From Actinomycetes bacterium (GTDB lineage: Bacteria; Actinomycetota; Acidimicrobiia; Acidimicrobiales; Acidimicrobilacustridaceae): a stretch of 64,000 bases of DNA. The notes under the pieces are model-generated. The model was not told the DNA's origin. It worked only from the letters and a program-made list of their open reading frames with translations, and made no database searches. Of the stretch, positions 17,820 through 28,275 are shown one piece after another (the first letter of the stretch is position 1; each line of letters begins with the position of its first letter). The translations under genes were made by a program, and so were the position numbers. Location of the stretch: the NCBI GenBank assembly GCA_031415655.1, contig JANOSD010000170.1, positions 49,946 through 113,945 on the forward strand, in the 5' to 3' direction.

Positions 17820-20555
17820 TCAGCCAAACAAGACCGCGGCCGGCGCCGGCCGCCCGAAAAGGTAGCCCTGCACGTACCGACAACCCAGCTCCGCAAGGCA
17901 CGCCGCCGGGGCTTCGGTTTCCACGCCTTCAGCGGTGACGCTGATCCCAAGGTCGTCGGCAAGGGTGATCACGAGCTCGACAATGCGATGACTGTCGCCG
18001 TCGCCCGGAAGCCCACTCACAAAGGAACGATCGATCTTCAGTACCTGAACGGGCAGGCGATGGAGCCAGGCCATCGACGAGTAGCCGGTGCCGAAATCGT
18101 CGAGGATCACCGCAAAACCCAACGCACGGATCTCGAGGAGCGTGGCGACGGTGAGCTCGGGATCGGCCATCGCCGCGGACTCGGTGATCTCGAATCGAAT
18201 ACGGGCGGGATCTACACGATCCGCCGCCCGGCGAAGGTCGGGCAACAGTTCGGACCCGACAAGGTGAAGGGGCGACAGATTCACCGACACCGAGAACCCC
18301 GCCGCATCGCCCGTTCGCTCTGCGAACACTCCTCGTCGTTCCCAGTCGTGGAGGTGTTCGATGCTCTGGTTGAGCACCACGAGGTCTATCTCATCGATGA
18401 GCCCGGTCTGCTCCGCCAGTGGAATGAAAAGATCGGGAGCGACCACGCCGCGTTCGGGGTGCTGCCATCGCACCAACGCCTCTGCTCCCACCACTGCACG
18501 GTCGGCAAGGCGAATGATCGGCTGGAACCATGCCTCGAGCTCATCTTCTTCACAGCCCCGACGGAGGTCGGCCACCGCCGAGCGTCGCGCCTTCACGCGC
18601 TCATCAAGCTCAGCTCCATGGCTCAGCGATCGATCACCGCCGGCGGTCTGCCCGGTGCGCGCCGCCAGCTCCGCTCTCCGGAGCAACTCCGTGGGGGCCA
18701 CATCACCCATGGCCGTACCCACCGTTGCCGTCATGTTGTAGGCGGTGGCATCGATCACGATCTCGTGACGCAGTGTCTCTACCAGCCGACTCGCCACCAT
18801 CTCCAACCGCGCCGGGTGAGCGGCGCCCCCGACCAGCGCCACCGCAAAGGCCCGCGCACCGATACGGGCCACTTCATCGACGTCGGCCATCTCCGCGGTG
18901 ATTCGCTTGGCGATCTCTACCAGCAGACGATCCATCGAGGTGTCGTCGAGTGCAGCGCTGAGAAGGTCGGCGTCGTCGACGACCACGGCCGCGATCCCCA
19001 CGGAGGGCCGGGCCGACGGTGGGGCGGCAACCACCCGCTCGTCGAGCAGTTCCACCAGGCGAGCCCGGGTGGGCAAGGCGGTGAGAAGATCGTGGCGGGC
19101 GTCACGAGCGGCCTGCTGGTGGGCCTCTTGCACTTCCGTTCGATCAGCGGTCACCACCAAGACGTCGTCGAGTGTCCCATCGGCCCGAAACAACGGGAGT
19201 GCCGTGGACGAGAACCAATGCACTCTGGAGGCGATGTCGGCGCGCCATTCGAACGACGTCGACACCCCGGACGCGACCACGGCCGGACCGAACAGGTCCC
19301 AACGTTCGCGCAAGAGGCCGGTCACCGGTCCATGGACGGGCGGCCGATGATGATCGCCGCCAACACGTACCGAGCCGTCGAGCGTGAACTCGGTGACATG
19401 GTTCGACGCGTGCTCCACCAGCCGAGCGAATCGATCCTCCCCTTCGACCAACGACGCAACGAGATCCTCATGGGTGCGCCGCACGGCACCGGCATAGAGG
19501 GCGGCAAGCGCTCCGGTAAGCAACACGATCTGCATATCGAGAAGGGCGTCGTCGGGCAGGGCCACGCGCAGCGCAAACGACGCCAATGCCGTCGACACGA
19601 GAATGCCCGATGCGGCGAAGAGGAGATCCTGCCGGAGTGCCACCCAGAGCAGGGGTACGACTGCGAACACCAACAAGGCCGCCGACGCCCCGCGCCCCAA
19701 CGCTCCCACCACCACGACCGGCACGAGAGAGACCACCGCAACCTGAAGCGCCGCTTCGGATCGGCCCGCCCGGGTGGACGGAAGATGCACCCGCTGACGC
19801 CCATACCGTCGTGCGTACGCTCCAAGCAGCATGAGGGGCACCATGGCCGCAATCGCCAGTGCGTCGCCCACCCAGAACACGCGGGCATCGACGAGCGCAT
19901 CGAGCACCGAAACGTCGTCGGCCACGTCGTCGACCACGGCGTCGACGAGCGCGACGCCGAACGCCGCCAGCAATGGCGCGCCAACTACCGCTATGCCGCC
20001 GAACCACCCGAACTCGCGGGTGTGGGCGCGTCCGATACCGAGCCGGCGGAGGATCACGGCCGCTCCTGTGTAACAACCCACGATCAAGGCCGCTCGGGCC
20101 ATCACCGCAGGCGGGCTGGCCTGCCATGCCCTCGGGATGACCCAGGCAATCGTGAGCACCCGAACCAGGAAGGCCCACGGGGCGAACTTCGGCCCAAAGA
20201 CGAGCAGCAGGCCCATCATGAAAGCAGCAGGCGGGTACCAGGGCGAGAATCCGTCGGGAGGGCTGAACGCCTTCACGGCCCAGGCCGAACCGCCGTAGAG
20301 CACCGCGAAGCTCAGCGCGACCACGATGGCGTCCCGCACGCTGGTGAGCGGGACGCCGGTAAGCCACCGGCTGCGGTCGTCCTCGATGCGACGAACCGTA
20401 CCGCCGATTCCGCATCGCTGCGCCGGAGAACCACCCAGGAGCCCGGTCCACCCAACACGTTGTTGGGGTCGTGTCACGGCGGTCACCGTCGAGCCGCATC
20501 GCCGGTAGTGTCGCCCTGTGAGCGACAACCCGCACCGACTTCCCCGCACCATCAT
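17820..20555 (-). CDS. Membrane sensor protein with degenerate GGDEF and intact EAL domain (putative c-di-GMP phosphodiesterase)
   Basis: N-terminal multi-TM region. GGDEF position reads RIGARAF (degenerate). EAL domain motifs EALVRW, DDFGTGYSS, KIDRSF. The 5' end overlaps the pepN start in the ORF track; the true start is probably an internal GTG (~20400). Confidence 0.7.
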   Translation of the reverse strand: MMVRGSRCGLSLTGRHYRRCGSTVTAVTRPQQRVGWTGLLGGSPAQRCGIGGTVRRIEDDRSRWLTGVPLTSVRDAIVVALSFAVLYGGSAWAVKAFSPPDGFSPWYPPAAFMMGLLLVFGPKFAPWAFLVRVLTIAWVIPRAWQASPPAVMARAALIVGCYTGAAVILRRLGIGRAHTREFGWFGGIAVVGAPLLAAFGVALVDAVVDDVADDVSVLDALVDARVFWVGDALAIAAMVPLMLLGAYARRYGRQRVHLPSTRAGRSEAALQVAVVSLVPVVVVGALGRGASAALLVFAVVPLLWVALRQDLLFAASGILVSTALASFALRVALPDDALLDMQIVLLTGALAALYAGAVRRTHEDLVASLVEGEDRFARLVEHASNHVTEFTLDGSVRVGGDHHRPPVHGPVTGLLRERWDLFGPAVVASGVSTSFEWRADIASRVHWFSSTALPLFRADGTLDDVLVVTADRTEVQEAHQQAARDARHDLLTALPTRARLVELLDERVVAAPPSARPSVGIAAVVVDDADLLSAALDDTSMDRLLVEIAKRITAEMADVDEVARIGARAFAVALVGGAAHPARLEMVASRLVETLRHEIVIDATAYNMTATVGTAMGDVAPTELLRRAELAARTGQTAGGDRSLSHGAELDERVKARRSAVADLRRGCEEDELEAWFQPIIRLADRAVVGAEALVRWQHPERGVVAPDLFIPLAEQTGLIDEIDLVVLNQSIEHLHDWERRGVFAERTGDAAGFSVSVNLSPLHLVGSELLPDLRRAADRVDPARIRFEITESAAMADPELTVATLLEIRALGFAVILDDFGTGYSSMAWLHRLPVQVLKIDRSFVSGLPGDGDSHRIVELVITLADDLGISVTAEGVETEAPAACLAELGCRYVQGYLFGRPAPAAVLFG

Positions 20556-23112
20556 CCCCCAGCGTTACGACATCACGCTGGAACCCGACCTTGGCGCCGC
20601 CACCTTTGCCGGAACCTGCGCCGCAGGCGTGGAGGTCGTGGAAGCCACCACCACGCTGGTGTGCAACGCCGCTGAACTTGCGGTCCACGAGGCCTGGGTC
20701 GAATCCATCGACGGTATCGTCCGGTTTGATCCAACCTCCGTCGCTCTCGACCCCGAATCCGAACGGCTCACCCTCACCTTCGCCACTCCCCTCACTCCCG
20801 GCGAGTACCGGTTTCACACCCAGTTCGACGGAGTCTTGAACGACAAACTCTGTGGCTTTTACCGGTCCACCTTCACCGACGCTGACGGCAACGAGCAGGT
20901 GCTCGCTACCACACAGATGGAAGCCACCGACTGCCGCAAGGCCTTCCCCTGCTGGGACGAGCCGGACCGCAAAGCGATCTTCGGCGTCACCCTCGTGGTT
21001 CCCAAAGATCTGCTTGCGCTCTCGAACGCCGGCGAGGTACGCCGCAGCCCAGCAACGGACGGCAAGGTCACCGTCGAGTTCGCCGACACGATGGTGATGT
21101 CCACCTACCTTGTGGCTTTTGTGGTGGGGCCACTCGAGATCACCGATGCCCTCGATGTCGACGGTGTGCCGTTGCGGGTGGCGTATCCGAAGGGTCGCGG
21201 CCATCTTTCGGGCTTCGCGCTCGAGATCGGTGCCTTCGCGCTTCGCCACTTCACCGAGTACTACGGCATCCCGTATCCCGGCGACAAGATCGACCTCGTC
21301 GCCATCCCCGACTTCGCTTTCGGAGCCATGGAGAACCTGGGCTGCGTCACCTTCCGCGAGACGGCACTACTGGTGGATCCTGACGCGGTACCGCAAGCCG
21401 AACTGCAACGAGTTACCGACGTCGTTGCCCACGAACTCGCCCACATGTGGTTCGGCGACCTCGTCACGATGAAGTGGTGGAACGGCATTTGGCTCAACGA
21501 AGCCTTCGCCACCTTCATGGAGATGCACGCCACCAACGCCTTCCGGCCGGATTGGGATCGCTGGACCGACTTCGGGCTCAGCCGTACTGCTGCGTTCGAT
21601 GTAGATGCCCTCGCCAACACCCGGCCGATCGAGTACGAGGTGGTGTCGCCGGCCGACGCCGAAGGCATGTTCGACATCCTCACGTATGAAAAGGGTGCGG
21701 CGGTGGTGCGCATGCTGGAGCAATACCTGGGCGAGGACGTCTTCCGACGTGGTATCCGCCGCTACCTCGCCACCCACGCCTACGGCAACACCGAGACCGA
21801 CGACCTCTGGGACGCCATCGAGGCCGAGGCCGAGTCCGGTGAACCCGTGCGCGAGATCATGGCGGGGTGGATCTTCCAAGGGGGGTTCCCCGTGATCGAT
21901 GTCGACCTCGTGCGCGACGACATCACGGCGCCCGAAGGCGAAACCATCGTGCGGCTCACCCAGCAACGGTTCCACTACGCCGGAGGCCCCCCAGTGGAAC
22001 CAGCGGCATGGTCAGTACCGGTACTCGTCACCCTGTGTCAACGCCCAGAACACCACGCCGACCCAGTTGTCACCGTCGAACGCCTCCTGCTCGACCGCGA
22101 CGGCACGGAGCTCCCGGTGCTCGGACAGCTCGACTGGGTCGTGGTGAACACCGAAGGAACCGGTTTTTACCGAACGAACTACTCGGCCGAGCTGCTCGAA
22201 GTGCTCGCTACCCATGCCATGGGCGAACTCTCACCCATCGAGCGCTACGGGCTCATCGACGACGCCGCGGCCGCGATGTTGGCCGATCATCGTTCGGCCG
22301 CGGAGTTGCTCCGATTCGTCGAAAGTTTCGCCGCCGAGACCGACCTCTCCGTGTGGCAACGACTCATCGGTGTGCTGGCCCAGCTCGATCGCATGGTTGA
22401 GGGTGACGCCCGAAACGCGTTGGCCGAGCGAATCGGTGCCCTGGTTCGCCCCGCCCTCGAGCGGCTCGGTCAAACGCCCATCGAGGGCGAACCCGACCGG
22501 GACCGAGAGCTGCGAGGGGTGCTGCTCCAGGCGCTTGCAACGCTGGCCAACGACCCCGTCGCTCAGCTCCGGTGCCGCGACTTTTTTGCCGCTGGTGCAA
22601 ACGCCGACCCAAGCCTGCTGGCGGCGGCCACGTGGGTCGTGGCCTCGATTGGCGACGCTGGCGATTTCGACGAATACCTCGCCCGCTACCGCAACGCGTC
22701 GTCACCCCAGGAGGAAGTGCGTTACCTCCAGGCCCTCGCCGACTTCGATCACGCCGACCTGATCGATCGGGTATGCGCTATGGCAATCACCGATGATGTG
22801 CGCACGCAGAACGCGCCCTACCTGCTGCGGCGTTGTCTTACGAACCGGTCCCATGGTCCTCGGGCCTGGGCGTTCGTGGTCGACAATTGGGACGCCATCA
22901 ACACACGTCTTCCGAATAACAGCATCTCGCGGATGCTCGATGGCATCCGGTCCCTGCATCAGCCGGAAGTGGCCGACCGCGTGTTTGAGTTCTTCACCAC
23001 CCACGAGGTGCCGCAGGGCGACAAGATCGTGGCGCAGCACCTTGAACGTCTCCAGGTGAACGTGGCGCTGCGAGCACGTGAAGCGCACCACCTCGCCTCC
23101 GCCTTGCGCTGA
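20518..23112 (+). CDS. pepN: Aminopeptidase N (M1 family)
   Basis: GAMEN, HEXXH (HELAHMWFGD) and the downstream WLNEAF glutamate motif. 864 aa. Confidence 0.9.
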   Translation: MSDNPHRLPRTIIPQRYDITLEPDLGAATFAGTCAAGVEVVEATTTLVCNAAELAVHEAWVESIDGIVRFDPTSVALDPESERLTLTFATPLTPGEYRFHTQFDGVLNDKLCGFYRSTFTDADGNEQVLATTQMEATDCRKAFPCWDEPDRKAIFGVTLVVPKDLLALSNAGEVRRSPATDGKVTVEFADTMVMSTYLVAFVVGPLEITDALDVDGVPLRVAYPKGRGHLSGFALEIGAFALRHFTEYYGIPYPGDKIDLVAIPDFAFGAMENLGCVTFRETALLVDPDAVPQAELQRVTDVVAHELAHMWFGDLVTMKWWNGIWLNEAFATFMEMHATNAFRPDWDRWTDFGLSRTAAFDVDALANTRPIEYEVVSPADAEGMFDILTYEKGAAVVRMLEQYLGEDVFRRGIRRYLATHAYGNTETDDLWDAIEAEAESGEPVREIMAGWIFQGGFPVIDVDLVRDDITAPEGETIVRLTQQRFHYAGGPPVEPAAWSVPVLVTLCQRPEHHADPVVTVERLLLDRDGTELPVLGQLDWVVVNTEGTGFYRTNYSAELLEVLATHAMGELSPIERYGLIDDAAAAMLADHRSAAELLRFVESFAAETDLSVWQRLIGVLAQLDRMVEGDARNALAERIGALVRPALERLGQTPIEGEPDRDRELRGVLLQALATLANDPVAQLRCRDFFAAGANADPSLLAAATWVVASIGDAGDFDEYLARYRNASSPQEEVRYLQALADFDHADLIDRVCAMAITDDVRTQNAPYLLRRCLTNRSHGPRAWAFVVDNWDAINTRLPNNSISRMLDGIRSLHQPEVADRVFEFFTTHEVPQGDKIVAQHLERLQVNVALRAREAHHLASALR

Positions 23113-23174
23113 CGGGTTTGGCCACCGGGGGGCGATTCCCGCGAGGGGTCTCGCTCTGCCAGACTTGCGTGCGC

Positions 23175-23939
23175 ATGACCGTTTCCCGTCGTACCTTCCT
23201 CACCGGCATCACCGCCGCGGGAGCCGTGGGTACCGCCACGCCAATGCTGTCGTCGTGCGGCCTGTTCTCCAAACACATCGATGTCCTTCTCATCGGCGAC
23301 TCGATCATGAATCAGAGCGCCACCGCCGTGAAGCAGCAACTTCGCAGCCAGCGGGGGCTCGAAGATGCGAGTACCCACTCGTCCGGGGTCAACGGCAGCG
23401 GCTTGCTCACCCCCAAGATCTACGACTGGCAGCGCGAGGCCCGAACCCTCGTAGATACCTACACCCCCAACATCTCCGTGGCGCTGTTCGTGGGCAACTA
23501 CACCGACAAGGACCTCTTCATCGGACGTGACGGCACCGAAGTGCCCACCGACTACTCGGCGAAGTTCTACGACGAGTGGGAGTGGCAGGCGGAGATTCTC
23601 ACCAAAACCCTCCAGAGCAAAGCGGGCCAGGTGTATTGGGTGTTGCCCCCACCGTTTTTCGGCGAGGAAGGCGGGCGACGCGAGAACCTGTTACGCGACG
23701 CCTACGTGCGTTTGGCCCAGAAGATCCCCGGCGTTGGTCTGATTGACGGTCGCCAAGCACTCGGTGATGCCCGAGGCGACTTCACCTGGGAACTCCCGGG
23801 CAACGATGGCAAGCCCATCACGGTTCGTCAGTCCGACAGCCTCCATCTCACGGCTGCCGGGGGCGAGCGCATGGCCAGGCAGATGGCGTTTGACGTCGGA
23901 CCGAAACTGATCGAGTTCGCCCGCCAGAACGCCCGGTGA
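23175..23939 (+). CDS. SGNH/GDSL-like hydrolase, Tat/lipoprotein-type signal
   Basis: MTVSRRTFLTGITAAGAVGTATPMLSSCG (twin-arginine-like RR plus lipobox). GDSIM block I motif. Confidence 0.6.
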   Translation: MTVSRRTFLTGITAAGAVGTATPMLSSCGLFSKHIDVLLIGDSIMNQSATAVKQQLRSQRGLEDASTHSSGVNGSGLLTPKIYDWQREARTLVDTYTPNISVALFVGNYTDKDLFIGRDGTEVPTDYSAKFYDEWEWQAEILTKTLQSKAGQVYWVLPPPFFGEEGGRRENLLRDAYVRLAQKIPGVGLIDGRQALGDARGDFTWELPGNDGKPITVRQSDSLHLTAAGGERMARQMAFDVGPKLIEFARQNAR

Positions 23940-25225
23940 AACCCGCTCCGCGCCCACGGCGTTTCGGCCCGGCGCCGGAGCTGTGGCCCTTCGCCGTGGA
24001 ACCCGATTGTGTGCAGCTCACGTGGCGAGTTTTGCCGCCGGGCGAGGTCAGGTTCACCGTGGCATCCGTCGACCACCGGAACTCGGCGCCCGTTGCAGAG
24101 CTCACCGTCGAGTCCGACGGTGGACCGGGAGCCGCCGTTGTCACCGGGTTACGTCCGGCCCATACCTACGTGGCCTCCGCGCACCTGGCCTCGGCGGCGG
24201 GCCGTCCTTCAATCCACTCCGGGGCGTTCCGTACACCACCCCATCCCCCCGGCGCCGAGCTGTGCCGGTTCGCCACGATCTCTGACCTACATCTTGGCGA
24301 GTACCGGTTCGGGTATTTCGGCTCAATGGCTGACCTGCCCGGCCACAGCGAGGTGTACCCCGTACGAGCGGTGCGTCATGCCCTCAACGCCATCGTTCGG
24401 TGGGGCGCAGAGCACGTCGCCGTTAAAGGGGACGTCACCACCGACAGTCGGCTCGAGCAATGGGAGCTGTTCGCAAAGCTCACCGCCGACCTCCCCGTAC
24501 CGATGTCGGTCATTCCGGGCAATCACGACAACCGACGACTTCGCACGGAGCCAAAGGGGGCGGTCGATGCACTGCTCTGGGTCTTACGGGGCGGTCCGAT
24601 TGCTCGAAAGCTCGGACCGGAACGTGTGGGCGTGCCGATCGATCCACGAGAGGGTCTGGCTCACATCGGCTATCCGTTCCCGGGCTTCGTGAGACAGAAC
24701 GATCTGCCTGGTGCCCGCTTGTTGCTGGTCGACACGTCGCTCCCCAACCGCCATCTCGGCAGTCTCGACCATGTGACGACGGAGGTGGCCGACCTCGCCG
24801 CCGACGCCCACCGGGCCGGATCAATGACCTGGGTGGGAGCCCACCACTTCCCGATGCGTTTTCGCGCCCCGTACTTCTGGCCTCCTGGCGTATTGCCGAA
24901 CGAGGCCAACCCCTTCTTGTCGAGGCTGGCGGCGGCGAATCCCCGGTCGTTCTACACCGCTGGGCATACGCACCGGAACCGGCGGTATCAGCGCAGCGGC
25001 ATCACCTGCACGGAACTTGGATCACCCAAGGACTATCCCGGCACGTGGGCCGGCTACGTGGTGCACGAAGGAGGCATCCGACAGGTGTCCTACCGCGTGG
25101 CCGGTTCGCCCGATGGTGACGACATCATGCCGTGGCTCGACCACAGCGCCAGCGCCGCCGTGGGAGCCTGGGGCCGATGGAGCCCCGGCATGTTGGCCGA
25201 TCGCTGCTTCAGCTTGGCCTGGTGA
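23936..25225 (+). CDS. Calcineurin-like metallophosphoesterase
   Basis: DLHLG, GDVTTD, GNHD, GHTH metallophosphatase motifs. Start overlaps the upstream stop (ATGA). Confidence 0.65.
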   Translation: MKPAPRPRRFGPAPELWPFAVEPDCVQLTWRVLPPGEVRFTVASVDHRNSAPVAELTVESDGGPGAAVVTGLRPAHTYVASAHLASAAGRPSIHSGAFRTPPHPPGAELCRFATISDLHLGEYRFGYFGSMADLPGHSEVYPVRAVRHALNAIVRWGAEHVAVKGDVTTDSRLEQWELFAKLTADLPVPMSVIPGNHDNRRLRTEPKGAVDALLWVLRGGPIARKLGPERVGVPIDPREGLAHIGYPFPGFVRQNDLPGARLLLVDTSLPNRHLGSLDHVTTEVADLAADAHRAGSMTWVGAHHFPMRFRAPYFWPPGVLPNEANPFLSRLAAANPRSFYTAGHTHRNRRYQRSGITCTELGSPKDYPGTWAGYVVHEGGIRQVSYRVAGSPDGDDIMPWLDHSASAAVGAWGRWSPGMLADRCFSLAW

Positions 25226-25232
25226 TCACGGC

Positions 25233-25796
25233 TCACCAAGGATTCACGGGACCAACGGTGTTGGCGACGAGCGTGGCCATCGCCGCGTTACCGGCATTGG
25301 TGAGATGCACCCCGTCGCCGCTCACCAGGCCGCCGTTGGACCTGGTGACTGCCGCCCAGTCGGCCACACGTACGTTGGGATGCGTAGAGGCGAGGTCCCA
25401 GATAATGGCGTTCGCGGTGCTGTAGTAGCCCCGGCTCTCATTGAGGGTGACCACCACGACCAGGCCGACATCGGCATTGTCGTCGAGAATCCCGGCCATA
25501 CGACTGCGGAACACGTTGGAATCACCGGCATCGTTGTAGCCAGACTCCACCACGACCACGTTGCTATCGGCTCGAAGCTGTCGGATGACCGATCGAACCT
25601 CGTCGGTGTTGCGACCAACCCGACCATCGGTACTCGCCTCCCAGCCGTTGTCGGTGAGGCGCTGATCAACCGACGGCCCTGCCCCGACAGTGATGGAATC
25701 ACCCACCATGAGGGCTTTGTTGCAACCGGAAAGGGCAAGGACGAGGACCGCGGCCAACAGGCCCGCAGAGATCCGTCGAGAGGTTTGCGTCTTCAT
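25233..25796 (-). CDS. SGNH-hydrolase lipoprotein
   Basis: Signal peptide plus lipobox LSGC. GDSIT block I motif, DGVH block V motif. Confidence 0.65.
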   Translation of the reverse strand: MKTQTSRRISAGLLAAVLVLALSGCNKALMVGDSITVGAGPSVDQRLTDNGWEASTDGRVGRNTDEVRSVIRQLRADSNVVVVESGYNDAGDSNVFRSRMAGILDDNADVGLVVVVTLNESRGYYSTANAIIWDLASTHPNVRVADWAAVTRSNGGLVSGDGVHLTNAGNAAMATLVANTVGPVNPW

Positions 25797-25838
25797 GAAG
25801 AAGCACCATAGATGCCCTTCCGCAACAATTGCAACCGA

Positions 25839-25862
25839 ATCGTAATACTACCCAGATGTGAT
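25839..25862 (-). terminator. Candidate intrinsic terminator hairpin downstream of the terC-usp operon
   Basis: Perfect 9-bp inverted repeat CTACCCAGA-tgtgat-TCTGGGTAG. Transcribed-strand downstream sequence is A/T-rich (TATTACGATT). Confidence 0.4.
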
Positions 25863-25885
25863 TCTGGGTAGGAGCCAGCGGTTCG

Positions 25886-26323
25886 TCAGGCGCCTTTCGG
25901 GAGGGGGACCGTCACGACGGGGGTGCCCGTTGCTGCCGCGAGCTTGGTGGCCACACGCCCGAAGATCCGATCGGACCATCCCGACACGCCGTGGCTGCCG
26001 ATAACCACCAGCCCGATGTCTGTGTTGGCGGCCTCCTTCACGAGCACCTCCACCGGCGGCCCCTCGATGACCTTCGTATCGAATGGCACACCAGCAGCCG
26101 CGAGCGGCGCCGCCCAGTCGTTTTGCAACCGCCCTCCCGCCGTGTCGCGTAACACCGCAAAGTCGACCGGGGGCCGGGCTGTCTCCATCGCCACCAACGG
26201 TTCAAACGCATGCACCAAACGAATGGAGGCACCGAGTTGGGCCGCCAGGTCGGCGGCGAATACGACGGCGAGCTGCGCGCCCGCCGAGCCGTCGGTCCCG
26301 ACCAGAACGTGGGTAATGGTCAT
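25886..26323 (-). CDS. Universal stress protein (UspA family)
   Basis: MTITHVLVGTDGSAGAQ...VIGSHGVSGWSDRIFGRVATKL: USP ATP-binding motif G-2x-G-9x-G(S/T). Start at internal Met 26323; the longer ORF is a spurious extension. Confidence 0.7.
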   Translation of the reverse strand: MTITHVLVGTDGSAGAQLAVVFAADLAAQLGASIRLVHAFEPLVAMETARPPVDFAVLRDTAGGRLQNDWAAPLAAAGVPFDTKVIEGPPVEVLVKEAANTDIGLVVIGSHGVSGWSDRIFGRVATKLAAATGTPVVTVPLPKGA

Positions 26324-27346
26324 TGTATTTGGGCCTCGGATTCGTCTTTCGGCTGCGGGCCGGCATGGGAGAGGGGCTCCTCGGGTGTAGCCCGAAGACT
26401 GATCGCGATGGTGATGCCCAGCACCGACGCAATGATGCCAAGCGAAAGCAGCGTGGGGATATGGAAGTCGAACCCGGCGGCCACCAGCATCTTCACCCCG
26501 ACGTAGGCGAGGATCACGCCAAGGCCCTTGTTGAGGTAGACGAGGCGGCTCTGCATGCCGGCCAGTAGGAAGAAGAGCGCTCGGAGCCCCAAAATGGCGA
26601 AGGCGTTCGACGTGAGCACGATGTATTGCGACCGGCTTACGGCAAGGACTGCCGGGATCGAGTCGACGGCGAAAACCACGTCGGTGAGCTCCACCATGAT
26701 CAACACCACCATCAACGGTGTGAGCCAACGTTTACCGTCGCGTTTCACGAGGAAGTGATGCCCCTCATAGTCGGCGGTCACCCGCATGCGCCGCCGAATG
26801 AGCTTGAGTACCGGGTTGCGCTCAGGGTGAACCTCTCCCTCGTCGTGGGTGGCCACCCGGTACGCCGTGAACACCAAGAACGCGCCGAACACGAACGTGA
26901 GCCATTCCAGCCGATTGAGCAACGCCACACCGGCGAACACGAAGATCGTTCGCAACGCCAGCGCGCCGAAAATCCCCCAGAACAGCACCCGATGCTGGAG
27001 ATGTTTGGGCACGGCAAAATACGAAAGCAGGACTGCCCAAACGAAAACGTTGTCGACCGACAACGACTTTTCAATGACGTACGCAGTGAGGTATTGCGTG
27101 GCTGCATCGCCGCCGAGGCGGTTCCAGATGAACATCGAAAAGGCAACCCCGATCGAGATCCAGAAGGCACTCGACCAAGCCGCCTCCTTGAACTCGATCT
27201 CATGATCATCCTTGTGGAGGACGAACAAATCGAGCAGGAGCAGACCGGCAATGATCGCCGCGAAGACGATCCAAAGCTCGGCGCCGACCACGATGTCGGC
27301 ACCCGGTACGTTCGAACTTTCGCTTCCGCCGGCAGCCAAGATCATG
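26320..27346 (-). CDS. TerC-family integral membrane protein
   Basis: Multiple TM helices with TerC-typical SVDNVFVWAV and VFAVDSIPAV motifs. Overlaps the usp start, so an operon. Confidence 0.7.
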
Positions 27347-27487
27347 CGAGCGGTATAGCACGCGCGCGGGGAGCGGCGGCGCGACAGTGCCAAACGCCTA
27401 CGCTTCCCTCACGGTGGTCGTACCCTGTGATGACATCGTCACCGTGTTCCCTGCGGAGTATCCCCGCCCGGCATCGGATCGAGTTCC

Positions 27488-28204
27488 ATGTTTGTTTCTC
27501 CCGACGGCAACGACGTCACCACCAACCTCGCCGACCTCACCCAGTCGCAGCGAGACGTCGTGCGGCAACGACTCGGCGCCGAGGGAATCGAGGCGCGATG
27601 GACCGGATTCGAGCTCACCATCGATGGAGCGTGGGAGGACCGAGCCACGTCAATCATCGGTGAGATTCGGGCGACACCCCCCCAACCCTTCGGCGGCTCT
27701 GCCGACACCGGTGCCGCGCTGCCCGGCCCTCCCGCCCCGGCTGGCCCGGCGTACGCGCCCACCGCACAAACACCTGGGTACGGCCAACCCGGCTACGGCC
27801 AAACCCCCGGCTATGGCCAACCCGCCTACGGCCAACCCGGCTATGGGCCCGGGGCCTATCCGGCATATCCGGCCGGTGGGGCGGCATACCCCCAACCCGC
27901 CTATCCCCAACCGGGGTACGGCTACGGCTATCCGCCGATGCCGGTGAACAACCAGAACGCTGTGGTGGCGTTGGTGCTGTCCATCGTGGCCTGGGTCGCA
28001 TGCCCCATCATTCCTGCCATCATCGCCATCGTGATGGGGAACAACGCCAAGCGGGAGATCGAGGCGTCCGGCGGCAGGCAAACCGGCGACGGGTTAGCCA
28101 AGGCCGCAGTCCTCATCAGTTGGATACACCTCGGCCTGTACGGCACCTTGATCCTGGTCTACCTCGTCATCATTTTTGTCGCTATCGGAACATCGAGCTT
28201 CTAG
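27488..28204 (+). CDS. Membrane protein paralog A: conserved N-terminal domain, GYGQP-repeat linker, C-terminal two-TM (DUF4190-like) module
   Basis: N-terminus TNLADLTQSQRD...WTGFELTIDGAWEDRATSIIGEIR. Repeats PGYGQPGYGQTPGYGQPAYGQPGYG. Two C-terminal TM helices. Confidence 0.6.
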   Translation: MFVSPDGNDVTTNLADLTQSQRDVVRQRLGAEGIEARWTGFELTIDGAWEDRATSIIGEIRATPPQPFGGSADTGAALPGPPAPAGPAYAPTAQTPGYGQPGYGQTPGYGQPAYGQPGYGPGAYPAYPAGGAAYPQPAYPQPGYGYGYPPMPVNNQNAVVALVLSIVAWVACPIIPAIIAIVMGNNAKREIEASGGRQTGDGLAKAAVLISWIHLGLYGTLILVYLVIIFVAIGTSSF

Positions 28205-28275
28205 TGCGTACACCAACCGCCTTTGTGGCTTCTGAGCGCCTGCACAAACGCAAGCCCGACCGGTTGGAGCGTTAG

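Noticed and set aside
17814-21249. ORFs 17814-20675 (+, 953 aa) and 19468-21249 (-, 593 aa)
   Set aside because: Opposite-strand shadows of the EAL-domain gene and pepN. Both real genes have clear family motifs, and the shadows are Arg/His/Gly-rich nonsense.
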